Assembly: GCA_963778655.1 (NCBI GenBank)
Contig: CAVZVA010000009.1
Location: 1,056,001-1,120,000 of the forward strand
Source of the DNA: an uncultured delta proteobacterium
Lineage (GTDB): Bacteria > Myxococcota_A > Polyangia > Polyangiales > JAFGIB01
DNA length: 64,000 nt
Direction of reading: 5' to 3'
Shown one piece after another: positions 1 through 9,804 of this stretch. A model generated the notes under the pieces. The model searched no databases. It was given only the letters and a program-made list of their open reading frames with translations, and was not told where the DNA came from. A program made the translations under genes and the position numbers. Within the stretch, counting starts at the first letter, position 1. Each line of letters starts with the position of its first letter.

Positions 1-48
1 CTCGACCACGGTGGCGAGCCTATACCACGGGCGCCTCCTGCCCCGGTT

Positions 49-951
49 TCAGCGCCGGGGACGCACGGTGGTTCGCGGGCCGCGCGTGCCGCGCGTGCCG
101 CCCGCCGGGGCACGACCTCCACCTCCGTAGGAGCGCGTGCGGTTTCCGCCTTCGCGGCGTGGCACCGCGCGCGGCCGGTTGTAACGGGGTGGCGGCGCAT
201 AACGCGAGCCGTCGCGTCGATGATTCGGATAGGGCTCTCGGGGCCGAACGTAGGGCCGGCGGTAGGGGCGATAGAACGGGCGGTAGGGGCGATAGGGCCG
301 GTAGTACGGATGCAGGTAACGGTAGCGGTAGTCCGGATAGACCAGGCTGCCGCCCAGGCGCGCGCCCCATCCGCCTGGCACGAAGACCCAGCCGTCCGGG
401 GTTAAGACCCAGCGCGCACCCCAGTATACGTAGCCATGGCGGGGGGGAAGCCACGCGCCGGGAATCCAAACGTAGCCGTCGTCGTACCAGTACCAGTACC
501 CTGGCGCCCAGACGTAGCCGAGCGCGGGCGCGGGCGGCCGGTCTTCCTCCGGCGGAGGCGGCGGCGCCTCCGGGGCGACCACACGTGTATCGCTTTCCAC
601 CGTGGCAGCGGCCGGAGCCTGGGCGGCCTGGCCCGTGGCGGGCGGCGGCGCTGCTTGCGCGGGCGGCGCGGGCTCGCGGGGCGGTGGCGCCTGCTTGGGC
701 GCTGCGCCCTCGGGCCGTGGGGGCGGCCGCTGCTCGGGGTAGAGCGACCTCGGCTCCGGGTGGGCGATGGGGTTGCGCTTGGCCGCCTCGATCGCCTCCT
801 GCTCGGCACTCGGGGCCGCGCCGCCGGTGCCGCCGCTTGGCGCTGCTTGCGCGGGCGCCGCAGTTTGAGCCTGGCCGGCGGCGGCGCCGGCGAACGCCAT
901 GCACAGCGCCGCGCTCGTCAACAAGCATCTTTCCCCGAGGGTGGCCCGCAT
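49..951 (-). CDS. Secreted Pro-rich protein with YXWGXW (WXXGXW) repeats
   Basis: Signal-peptide-like N-terminus, Pro/Ala-rich linker, repeats YVWAPGYW, YVWIPGAW, YVYWGARW, WVFVPGGW, then a Tyr/Arg/Pro-rich tail. ATG 951 is preferred over the ORF-track start at 1131. Confidence 0.8.
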   Translation of the reverse strand: MRATLGERCLLTSAALCMAFAGAAAGQAQTAAPAQAAPSGGTGGAAPSAEQEAIEAAKRNPIAHPEPRSLYPEQRPPPRPEGAAPKQAPPPREPAPPAQAAPPPATGQAAQAPAAATVESDTRVVAPEAPPPPPEEDRPPAPALGYVWAPGYWYWYDDGYVWIPGAWLPPRHGYVYWGARWVLTPDGWVFVPGGWGARLGGSLVYPDYRYRYLHPYYRPYRPYRPFYRPYRRPYVRPREPYPNHRRDGSRYAPPPRYNRPRAVPRREGGNRTRSYGGGGRAPAGGTRGTRGPRTTVRPRR

Positions 952-1265
952 GCTGTTATCGTAGTCCCGCGTTTGGAGGCGACAAGGCCGGCCAAAATCG
1001 CGGCTTGGCCCGGCATGCGTTTCGCGATAAGAACACGCGCTGAGAATCCGCTCTGGCCGCCTGCCGTTTCGATCGCGGATCGCCCGGCATCCGGGCGCAA
1101 CGATCTGGGCCCAACGGCGCGCCGCCCCCATGCGATGGAATCCTGCGTGAAGGCTCCAGCACCGCGCAACGCCGCAGCGTCCCGGCGCCGGGCCGCAGCG
1201 CCGCCTCCGGGCACGTGCTCTCCTCTGGGAGGCGCGGCCCCCCGGCGCCGGATGGGGAGGGCGGC

Positions 1266-2249
1266 GTGAGCGTCTTCCTGCACGGTATCGGGCACTTCCA
1301 CCCCGAGAACGAGGTCAGCAACGCATTCCTGGAGGAGCTCGACATCGGGACCAACCAGGCGTGGATTCTGGACCGTGTGGGAATCCGATCGCGCAGGACG
1401 GTGCTGTCGCTCGACTACATCCGTCGCACGCGCAATGCCGACCCGCGCGCGGCCGCCGAGGCATCGCTCTATACCAATGCCCAGATGGCCGAGCGCGCCG
1501 CGCGTCTGGCGGTGCAGCGAGCCGGCATCGCGCTGAGCGACATCGGCATGGTGATCGCGGGCAGCTCCGCCCCGGACACGCTCTCACCGGCCGAGGCCTG
1601 CAACGTCGCACGCCGGCTCGAGCTCGAGGTTCCGGCCTTCGACATCAACTCGGCGTGCACCAGCTTCTTCATCCCGCTGCACTTGCTCGGCATGATGCAG
1701 CCCGGCTTGATGCCGCGTTTCGTCCTGCTGGTGGCGGCCGAGTCGTTGACCCGCACCGTCGACTACGCGGACCGGGCGACCGCCGTGCTGTGGGGCGACG
1801 GGGCGGCCGCAGCGGTGCTGTCGCTGAGCGAGCGCGGGCGCGCGGAGATCTCGGCCACCCTGCTCGACTCCAGCCCCTCGGGCAACGAGAAGGTGGTGGT
1901 GCCGCGCTACGGCTTCTTCCGCCAGGACGGCCAGGCGGTGCAGAAGTTCGCGGTCAAGCGCACGGCGGAGAGCTTGAAGCGGCTGCGGGCCGAGCACGGC
2001 GATCCTGGGCGCCGTTTCGGCTTCGTGGGGCACCAGGCCAACCTGCGCATGCTCGAGAGCGTGTGCCGGATGTGCGGCATCGCGCCCGAGCGCCACTTCA
2101 GCAACGTCGAGCATTTCGGCAATACGGCGGCCGCAGGCTCGCCGTCGGTCATCTCGATGCACTGGGAACGCTGGAGCGAGCAGGACGAGCTCGCCGTCGT
2201 GGGCGTCGGCTCCGGCCTCACCTGGGCGGGTTACATGTTGCGATTTTGA
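1266..2249 (+). CDS. fabH: 3-oxoacyl-ACP synthase III (FabH-like KAS III)
   Basis: WILDRVGIRSRR, SACTSF (Cys), WGDGAAA, GHQANLR (His), FGNTAAA (Asn), GSGLTW. GTG start follows a GGGGAGGG RBS. Confidence 0.85.
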   Translation: MSVFLHGIGHFHPENEVSNAFLEELDIGTNQAWILDRVGIRSRRTVLSLDYIRRTRNADPRAAAEASLYTNAQMAERAARLAVQRAGIALSDIGMVIAGSSAPDTLSPAEACNVARRLELEVPAFDINSACTSFFIPLHLLGMMQPGLMPRFVLLVAAESLTRTVDYADRATAVLWGDGAAAAVLSLSERGRAEISATLLDSSPSGNEKVVVPRYGFFRQDGQAVQKFAVKRTAESLKRLRAEHGDPGRRFGFVGHQANLRMLESVCRMCGIAPERHFSNVEHFGNTAAAGSPSVISMHWERWSEQDELAVVGVGSGLTWAGYMLRF

Positions 2250-2319
2250 TGCCGAACGATGGCGGGGCAGGGCGGTCCGGCTTGGCGCGAGTGGCGGCGA
2301 GGCCGGGGGGGAAGGGCCG

Positions 2320-2835
2320 GTGAACGGGATGCGACGGTTTCAGCTCGGGCTCGCGGCGCTGCTTTTGTGCGGCTGCGCGGGCAAGCTCGACCAGCCGAAG
2401 CGCTTCTCGGCTGTGCTCGCGCGGCTCGACGGGGGCGCTCCTGCCGCCGCCGCCGGCGGCGCAGGCGCTCCTGCCGGGGACGCCGGGCCGGCGATCGGCG
2501 AACCGCCGGCGTGCGCCACCCAGATCTTCCAAAAGACCTGCGGGCTGGCCGGTTGTCACGCGGCCGGATCGCCGCAAGTCGATCTGGCCTCGGCGGGGGT
2601 CGCGGCGCGCCTGGTCGATCGGAAGTCGACCAGCGCCACGTGCGGCGGCCGGACCTATATCGACACTTCGGGCGGCGCCAGCCTGCTGCTCGGCAAGCTC
2701 GGCAGCTCGCCGCCGTGCGGCGTGCAGATGCCGTTCGGCGGGGTGCTGTCCGCGACCGACACCAAGTGCCTGAGCGACTGGGTGCAGGCGCTGGGCGGAA
2801 GCGCCGCTGCTCCGAGCGACGGAGGCATGCAGTGA
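2320..2835 (+). CDS. Lipoprotein with cytochrome c-like domain (atypical CX4CH motif)
   Basis: Lipobox LLLCGC, KTCGLAGCH, SLLLGKL...QMPFGG and a C-terminal L..WV helix typical of monoheme c domains. Confidence 0.6.
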   Translation: MNGMRRFQLGLAALLLCGCAGKLDQPKRFSAVLARLDGGAPAAAAGGAGAPAGDAGPAIGEPPACATQIFQKTCGLAGCHAAGSPQVDLASAGVAARLVDRKSTSATCGGRTYIDTSGGASLLLGKLGSSPPCGVQMPFGGVLSATDTKCLSDWVQALGGSAAAPSDGGMQ

Positions 2836-4136
2836 GGCGGCTGCGGATCGGGGCATGGGCGGGTTTGTTGTGGTGCGCGGCGGCCGCCGCGCAGGCTCAG
2901 GCGCCTGCGCGGGTGGTCGTGCTGCGCTTCGACGGCCCGGGCGCTGCGCGCGTCCGCAATGCGGTGGTCGACGCGCTCTCCAAGGACCCCGGCTTCGAGG
3001 CGGTTGGCGAGAAGGACGCTCGCAACAGCGCGGCATCGCAACACGTCGAGCTGTCGAGCGAGGCGGGTCGGGTGGCGGTGGCGCGCGAGCTCTCGCTGTC
3101 GGCGTTCGTAGAAGGCCACGTCGAGAAGCACGGCGCGAGGTCGGAGCTTAGCTTGCGCGTCTTCGGAGGCAGTGACGGCTCGCAACTCGGCGAGGCCAGC
3201 ATCAGGGCCCGCTCGGCCGCGCTGCCCCGCCACGTCAAGAAAGGGCTGATCGACGAGATCGGCGAGGCGCTGTCTCGCGCGCGGCCACCGGCCGCGCAGC
3301 CCGAGCCCGAGCCGGAGCCGGAGCCGAAACCGAACCTGGAGCCTAAGCCAGCCCCGCCGCCCAAAGCGCAGCCGGTCGAGCCCGAGCCGGAGCCGGAGCA
3401 GGCGGCGGGACCGCGTCCGAAGGCGCTCGAGCTGAGCGCGGCCGTGCGGGTGGTGACCCGCAGCTACGCCTATCGCGATGCGTTGCTGCCGCTGGCCGAG
3501 CACACGCTCGACGCGACCGGCGCGATGCGCCTGGAGGCACGCTGGTATCCGGCCGCCCACTTCACCCGCAGCTTTGTCGCCAATCTCGGGCTGGACTTGC
3601 AGGCGCAGATGCTGTGGCCGGTCAACGCCACCGAGGGCAATCTGGCCTTCAAGACGAAAGGCTTCGCCTTCGGCGTCGCGGCTCGCCTGCGCGTGCCGCT
3701 CGGCAACCACGAGCTCGGCGTGCTGGTCGGCTACGGCGGCCAGAGCCTCAGCATTGCGGATGCGAAGGGGCAGGACCCTGGCGTGCCGAGCGTCTCGTAT
3801 GGCTTCGTGCGTATGGGCGCCGATGGACGGATCGCCGTGCTGCGCCCGCTGTCGATTGGGCTGCGGGCGGCCTACCTGCTGCCGCTCGGCTACGGCGAGC
3901 TGGCCACGACGACCTGGTTCCCGCACGTGAGCGGCGGCGGCGTCGAGGCCGAGCTGTCGCTTCGCTACGCGTTTTCCGAGCTGCTGGCCGCCGACCTTGG
4001 AGGCGGCATGGCCCGCTACTTCTTCTCGCTCAATCCCAGTCCCCGCGATGCGGGCGTGCAGACGGCCGGGCGCATCGCCGGCGGCGCGACCGATCAGTAC
4101 TTCTACGGCGTGGTCGGCCTGACGCTGCTGTTGTAG
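2832..4136 (+). CDS. Secreted / outer-membrane protein: alpha/beta N-domain, PE-repeat linker, C-terminal beta-barrel-like region
   Basis: GTGA overlap with the upstream stop. Signal peptide ends AQAQA. PEPEPE linker, then alternating amphipathic strands ending YFYGVVGLTLLL. Confidence 0.65.
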   Translation: MRRLRIGAWAGLLWCAAAAAQAQAPARVVVLRFDGPGAARVRNAVVDALSKDPGFEAVGEKDARNSAASQHVELSSEAGRVAVARELSLSAFVEGHVEKHGARSELSLRVFGGSDGSQLGEASIRARSAALPRHVKKGLIDEIGEALSRARPPAAQPEPEPEPEPKPNLEPKPAPPPKAQPVEPEPEPEQAAGPRPKALELSAAVRVVTRSYAYRDALLPLAEHTLDATGAMRLEARWYPAAHFTRSFVANLGLDLQAQMLWPVNATEGNLAFKTKGFAFGVAARLRVPLGNHELGVLVGYGGQSLSIADAKGQDPGVPSVSYGFVRMGADGRIAVLRPLSIGLRAAYLLPLGYGELATTTWFPHVSGGGVEAELSLRYAFSELLAADLGGGMARYFFSLNPSPRDAGVQTAGRIAGGATDQYFYGVVGLTLLL

Positions 4137-4148
4137 CGGCGCGAGCGT

Positions 4149-4757
4149 TTACCGGCCCGGCGTGCTGCGCAGGCCGTCGAGGGCGCGCCAGGCCGCGGTT
4201 GCGAGGTGCCGCTTGGCGGTCTCCAGGTCCACGTCGGCCTGGGCGGCCGTCCACTGGCGCGCGAAGTGCGCAGCCGGTCCGTAGAGAATGGCCCGCACGA
4301 CGTCAGCCGGCAGGTTCGGCAGCTCGCCCCGAAGCATGCGCGCGCGAAACCACTCGGCGGCGCCTTCGACGCCCTCGCGCTGAATTCGCTCGAGGTCCGC
4401 TTCCACCGCCTGGACGAAGTCCGCCTGTTGCATCGCGTAGAGGAACGCCGCGAAGCGGGGATTGTCACGAACCCAGTCGAGGTACGCGTTGACCAGGGCG
4501 CGCACACCTTGCTCGGCGTTGTGCTCGTGCAGCAACGCTTCCAAGCCGTGTTGCTGCGCGCGCCGCACGCCTTCGAGATACAGCTCGGCCGCGAGCTGCT
4601 CCTTGCTCTTGAAGTGGTGATAGATGCTGCCGGTGCTCGCGCCTGCGCGCTCGCGGATGTCGGCCATCGTGGTCGCCGCAAACCCCTTGCCGGCAAAGCA
4701 CTGCAATGCCGCGTCCAAGATCTCGCGCTTACGTTGCCGACTACCGGGATGGGTCAT
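4149..4757 (-). CDS. TetR/AcrR family transcriptional regulator
   Basis: ILDAALQCFAGKGFAATTMADIRERAGASTGSIYHHFKSKEQL HTH signature. Confidence 0.93.
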   Translation of the reverse strand: MTHPGSRQRKREILDAALQCFAGKGFAATTMADIRERAGASTGSIYHHFKSKEQLAAELYLEGVRRAQQHGLEALLHEHNAEQGVRALVNAYLDWVRDNPRFAAFLYAMQQADFVQAVEADLERIQREGVEGAAEWFRARMLRGELPNLPADVVRAILYGPAAHFARQWTAAQADVDLETAKRHLATAAWRALDGLRSTPGR

Positions 4758-4913
4758 GGGAATTACCGTGCCCGCGCTGGGCGCGGACGCGAAGCTCCGG
4801 TCCAGAAGGGTTCAGGAGCGAGCGCGCCCGGAGCCCCGGATCGAGGAATGCTCCGAGTATTTCGCAGGTCCGGGGCGAGGACGTAGCCGCTCCTGGGCGC
4901 TTCTGGGCCGGAG

Positions 4914-6131
4914 CTAAGGCATCAGGTGGCCTAGCTTCTTTACCTTGGTCGCAAGGTAGTGGCGATTGTGCGGGTTGGTCCCGACCTGGATCGAGACGCG
5001 CTCCACGACGCGCATGCCGTAGCCCGCGATCGCCGCGATCTTGCGTGGATTGTTGGTCAGCAATCGCAGGTCGCGCACCCCCAGCTGCCACAGGATCTGC
5101 GCGCCCACGCCGTAGTCGCGCAGGTCCGGTGCAAAACCGAGCCGCTCGTTGGCCTCCACCGTGTCGGCGCCCTGGTCCTGCAGCTCGTATGCCTTGAGCT
5201 TGTTCAGCAGGCCGATGCCGCGGCCCTCTTGGCGCAGGTACACCAGCACGCCGCGACCCTCGCCGGCGATCATCTCGAGCGCGGCGTCGCGCTGCGCCCC
5301 GCAGTCGCAGCGCTGCGAGCCGAGCGAATCGCCGGTCAGACACTCCGAATGCATGCGTACCAGCACGGGCCGGCCGTCGCCCACGGCGCCGAGCGTCAGC
5401 GCCACGTGCTCGTTGCCCTGCAGCTCGTCGCGAAAGCCGTGCACCATGAACTCGGCCCAGCGCGTGGGCAGCTTCGCGTGTGCCACCGGCTTGACGAAGA
5501 CGTCGCGCTCCAGCCGGTAGCCGATCAGGTCCGCGATCGAACCCACCTTGAGGCCGTGCTCGCGCGCGAAGCTCAGGATCGCCGGCAGCCGCATCATCGT
5601 GCCGTCGTCGTGCATGAGCTCGCTGATCGCACCCACCGGGGGCAGGCCCGCGAGCCGGCACAGGTCGACCGCCGCCTCGGTGTGGCCGGCGCGCCGCAGC
5701 ACCCCTCCGTCGCGCGCGCGCAGCGGAAACACGTGGCCCGGTCGGACCAGATCGTCGGCGCTCACGCCGGGCTTGACCGTGGTGAGGATGGTGGTCGCGC
5801 GGTCCTTGGCCGAAATGCCGGAGCCGACCCCGCACTTGGCCTCGATCGACACGGTGTATGCGGTCTGCCGCGGCGCACTATTGTGCTCCACCATCGGCGG
5901 TAGCCGCAGGTGGTCGGCCAGCGCGTTGGGCATGGCCAGGCAGATGACGCCCCCGGTGTAACGGATCGTGAATGCGATCAGCTCGGCGCTGACCTTCGAC
6001 GCGGGGATGATCAGATCGCCTTCGTTCTCGCGGTGCTCGTCGTCCACCATCACCACGGGGCGACCTTCGCGCAGCTCTTTGAGCAGGCTGTCCATGCTCG
6101 CGAGCTGCTGGTGCGGGTCGTGCTCGTCCAT
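4914..6131 (-). CDS. ribBA: Bifunctional DHBP synthase / GTP cyclohydrolase II
   Basis: DDEHRENEGDL, RPGHVFPL, RAGHTEA, RMHSECLTGD, RCDCG, QEGRGIGL, LLTNNPRK. Confidence 0.96.
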   Translation of the reverse strand: MDEHDPHQQLASMDSLLKELREGRPVVMVDDEHRENEGDLIIPASKVSAELIAFTIRYTGGVICLAMPNALADHLRLPPMVEHNSAPRQTAYTVSIEAKCGVGSGISAKDRATTILTTVKPGVSADDLVRPGHVFPLRARDGGVLRRAGHTEAAVDLCRLAGLPPVGAISELMHDDGTMMRLPAILSFAREHGLKVGSIADLIGYRLERDVFVKPVAHAKLPTRWAEFMVHGFRDELQGNEHVALTLGAVGDGRPVLVRMHSECLTGDSLGSQRCDCGAQRDAALEMIAGEGRGVLVYLRQEGRGIGLLNKLKAYELQDQGADTVEANERLGFAPDLRDYGVGAQILWQLGVRDLRLLTNNPRKIAAIAGYGMRVVERVSIQVGTNPHNRHYLATKVKKLGHLMP

Positions 6132-6302
6132 GAAATCGTGCCTCCGCCCCCTCGGCAGAACCTTATTCTAGAACAATGTTCGAGTCAAGCCAGCGCAACG
6201 GGTCGCAAACGGACGTTGCGCCCGCCAAAGCGCCCTGCTTATATCCGGCCCGCTGACTCGCGACGACCTCGACGTTTCGAGGGGAAGGAGCACGTTTCCG
6301 CC

Positions 6303-7130
6303 ATGGCGACGACGCATCTGCCGGTGATCGGCGGCCACCCCACGGGTCCGGCCACGACCACGAGGACCGACAGCTGGTGGCTCGGTCCGACCGCGGTTTT
6401 CGTCTATCTCTCGGTGCTCGTGGTGTACCTGACCTGGGCGGCGTTCCAGGGCGAGTTCTACTTCGTTGCGCCGTACTTGAGCCCGGTCTACGCGCCGGTG
6501 CTGTTCTCGTCCGACTCGGCCCGCGCGGCGATGCCCGTCGCGGATGCCTGGTTCGGGGCCTGGCCCGCGTGGTGGCCCGGCTTCGTGCCTGCGAGCCCGG
6601 CGCTGCTCGCCTTGGTCGGGCCGGGCCTGCTGCGCTTCACCTGTTACTACTACCGCAAGGCGTACTACCGCAGCTTCGCCGGCTCGCCGCCAGGCTGTGC
6701 GGTCACGCCCATTGCCCGCCGTGGCTATCGCGGGGAGACCGCGCTGCTGTTGTTCCAGAACCTGCACCGCTACGCGATGTACATCGCGATCATCTACCTG
6801 CCGATTCTGACCTACGACGCACTGGCTTCGTTCGTGCGCGACGGTCAGCTCGGCATCGGCGTGGGCAGCATCGTGATCAGCGTGAACACCCTGCTGCTGG
6901 CCGGCTACACCTTCGGTTGTCACTCCTTCCGCCACTTGGTGGGCGGCGGTGACGACTGCATGTCGTGCGGTCAGAGCACCACCAAGCTCAAGCTGTGGAA
7001 GTTCTCGACCTGGTTCAACGAGCGCCACATGTGGTACGCGATGGTGAGCCTGTTCTGGGTCGCGTTCGCGGATTTCTACGTGCGCATGGTCGCCATGGGC
7101 GTGATCCACGACCCCAACACCTGGAACTAA
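6303..7130 (+). CDS. sdhC: Succinate dehydrogenase membrane anchor, Sdh1/type-F-like (mycobacterial Rv0249c-like)
   Basis: Multi-TM protein directly upstream of sdhA with RFTCYYYRKAYYR, FQNLHRY, YTFGCHSFRHLVGG, NERHM. AAGGAG RBS. Confidence 0.8.
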   Translation: MATTHLPVIGGHPTGPATTTRTDSWWLGPTAVFVYLSVLVVYLTWAAFQGEFYFVAPYLSPVYAPVLFSSDSARAAMPVADAWFGAWPAWWPGFVPASPALLALVGPGLLRFTCYYYRKAYYRSFAGSPPGCAVTPIARRGYRGETALLLFQNLHRYAMYIAIIYLPILTYDALASFVRDGQLGIGVGSIVISVNTLLLAGYTFGCHSFRHLVGGGDDCMSCGQSTTKLKLWKFSTWFNERHMWYAMVSLFWVAFADFYVRMVAMGVIHDPNTWN

Positions 7131-7132
7131 CA

Positions 7133-8978
7133 ATGGATGTTTCGGAGATTCAGACCGTCGAGCTCGACGTGGTCGTCATCGGTGCCGGCGGCGCAGGGCT
7201 GCGCGCGGCCATCGGCTGCAGCGCGCACGGCCTCAAGACCGGCGTGTTGTCCAAGAGCCTGCTCGGCAAGGCGCACACCGTCATGGCCGAGGGCGGCATG
7301 GCCGCCGCGCTCGGCAACGTGGACAAGCGCGACAGCTGGAAGGTGCACTTCCGCGACACCATGCGCGGCGGCAAGTTTCACAACGTCTGGCGCATGGCCG
7401 AGCTGCACGCCAAGCAGGCTCCCGACCGCGTGATGGAGCTGGAGGAATGGGGCGCGGTCTTCGACCGCACCAAGGACGGGCTGATCAGCCAGCGCAACTT
7501 CGGCGGTCATCGCTACCCGCGGCTGGCGCACGTCGGCGACCGCACCGGGCTCGAGCTGATCCGCTCGCTGCAGGACCACGGCGTGCACCAGGGCATCGAC
7601 TTCTTCATGGAGTGCACGGCGCTGCAGCTGCTCAAGGACGGCCAACGCGTCGCAGGCGTGGCTGCGTACCACCGCGACAGCGGACGCTTCCTGCTGCTGC
7701 GCTGCCGCGCGGTGATCCTGGCTTCGGGCGGCGGCGGCCGCTGCTGGCGCGTGACCAGCAACTCCTGGGAGTACACCGGAGACGGCCTGGCGCTGGCCTA
7801 CGACGCGGGCGCCGAGCTGATGGACCTCGAATTCACCCAGTTCCACCCCACCGGCATGGTCTGGCCGCCCTCGGTGCGCGGGACGCTGGTGACCGAGGGC
7901 GTGCGCGGGGACGGCGGCATCTTGCTCAACAACAAGGGCGAGCGCTTCATGTTCAAGTACATCCCCGAACGCTTCGCTCCGGAAACCGCGGACACGGTCG
8001 AGGAGGCCAACGATTGGCTCGCCGGCAAGGAAGGCGCGCGGCGGCCGCCCGAGCTGCTCACGCGCGATGTGGTTGCGCGCGCGATCACCGCCGAGGTCAA
8101 GGCCGGCCGCGGCTCGCCGCACGGCGGCGCGTTGCTCGACATCGCTTCGCGCCGGCCGGCCGAGTTCATCCAGCGCAAGCTGCCCTCGATGTACCACCAG
8201 TTCAAGGAGCTGGCCGAGGTCGACATCACCAAGGAGCCGATGGAGGTCGGACCCACGCTGCACTACTTCATGGGCGGCATCCGGGTCGACGCCGACAGCC
8301 AGATGACCAGCGTGCCCGGCCTGTTCGCGTGCCGGCGAGTGCGCCGCCGGGCTGCACGGCGCCAACCGCCTGGGCGGCAACTCGCTTTCGGACCTGCTGG
8401 TGTTCGGCAAGCTCGCCGCCGACGGCGCCGCGAGCTACGCGCGCGCTCTCTCGACCACGCCCGAGGCCGACGACGCCCAGATCACGCTCGCCTTCCGCAC
8501 CGCGACCGAGCCGCTCAACCGCGAGAGCGGCGAGAACCCCTACCTGCTGCAGGACGAGCTGCAGCAGATCATGGACTATCACTGCAACATCGTGCGCACG
8601 GGCGACGAGCTCAGGGCCGGCATCGACAAGCTGCAGCCGCTCAAGCAACGCGCGCAGCAGGTCAAGGCCCAGGGCGCGAGCCAGTACAACCCGGGCTGGC
8701 ATCAAGCGCTTTCGGTGCGCTCCATGCTGATCACCGCGGAGGCGGTCACGCGCGCTGCGCTCACGCGGGAGGAGAGCCGCGGTGCGCACACCCGGCTCGA
8801 CTTCGAGGGCGAGCGCGACGAGTGGCTCAAGTATCGCGTCGTGATCAAGAAGGGCGCGGATGAGACGATGCAAGTGGTCAAGGAAGAGAAGCCACCGGCG
8901 CCCAAGGCGCTCTCCGAGATCGCGTACTCCAAGATCGAGGATCTCGAGGCGGGCCGCGTCGGCGCGGAGGTGGAGTGA
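7133..8978 (+). CDS. sdhA: Succinate dehydrogenase/fumarate reductase flavoprotein subunit (one frameshift at about 8332)
   Basis: VIGAGGAG, AHTVMAEGG, QFHPTG, TEGVRGDGG, LHYFMGG. Removing one C at 8332-8333 restores LFACGECAAGLHGANRLGGNSL and joins to REESRGAH. Confidence 0.92.
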
Positions 8979-9738
8979 TGGAGGATACCAAGCGCACCTT
9001 CCGCATCTGGCGCGGCGATGCCCAGGGCGGCGATTTCGTCACCTACGAGCCCGAGATCAGCGTGGGCATGGTGGTGCTCGACGTGTTGCACCAGATTCAG
9101 GCGAAGCAGGCCGGCGACCTCGCGATCCGCTGGAACTGCAAGGCTGGCAAGTGCGGCTCCTGCAGTATGGAGATCAACGGCATTCCGCGGCTCGCTTGCA
9201 TGACCCGCATGAACAGCTTCGAGCCTCACCAGACCATCACCGTGCAGCCGCTGAAGAGCTTTCCGGTGATCAAGGATCTGGTCACCGACGTCTCCTGGAA
9301 CTACAAGCAGAACCAGCGCATCGCGCCCTTCAAGCCCAAGCCGCCGGGGCCCGACGGCAAGCGGCGCATGTACCAGGAGGATGTCGACCGCGTTCAAGAG
9401 TTCCGCAAGTGCATCGAGTGCTACCTGTGCCAGAACACCTGCCACGTGCTGCGTGACCGCGGCGGCAAGGGCAAGTTCGTCGGGCCCGCGCTTCATGATC
9501 CGTCTGGCCGGGCCTGGAGATGAACCCGCTCGACGACGAGGATCGCATCCCCGAGGTGCGCAAGGAGTTCGGTTCCGGCTACTGCAACATCACCCGTTGC
9601 TGCACCGACGTGTGCCCCGAGCACATCAACATCACCGACAACGGCATCATCCCGATGAAAGAGCGCGTCGTCGACCGCTACTACGACCCGCTGCGCATCA
9701 TCGGCCGCAAGCTGTTCGGCATCCGCAAGCGAAGTTAG
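8978..9738 (+). CDS. sdhB: Succinate dehydrogenase iron-sulfur subunit (two frameshifts at about 9486 and 9511)
   Basis: CKAGKCGSC...C, CIECYLCQNTC, CNITRCCTDVC. Removing one C (9485-9487) and one G (9510-9512) gives the continuous FVGPRFMIRLAGLEMNPLD. TGATG coupling with sdhA. Confidence 0.9.
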
Positions 9739-9804
9739 TGAGCGGGGCGGGCACGCGCACGCCTACGGGCAACGCGCACTGCCGTGACTACCAGCCCCGT
9801 GCGG

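Noticed and set aside
250..335. Short direct repeats (cggtaggggcgata) as a possible CRISPR or array
   Set aside because: They are coding repeats for YRPY peptides, with no spacers and no cas genes.
8325..8345. Programmed ribosomal frameshift in sdhA
   Set aside because: There is no slippery heptamer, and similar single-base insertions cluster nearby, which fits sequencing error.
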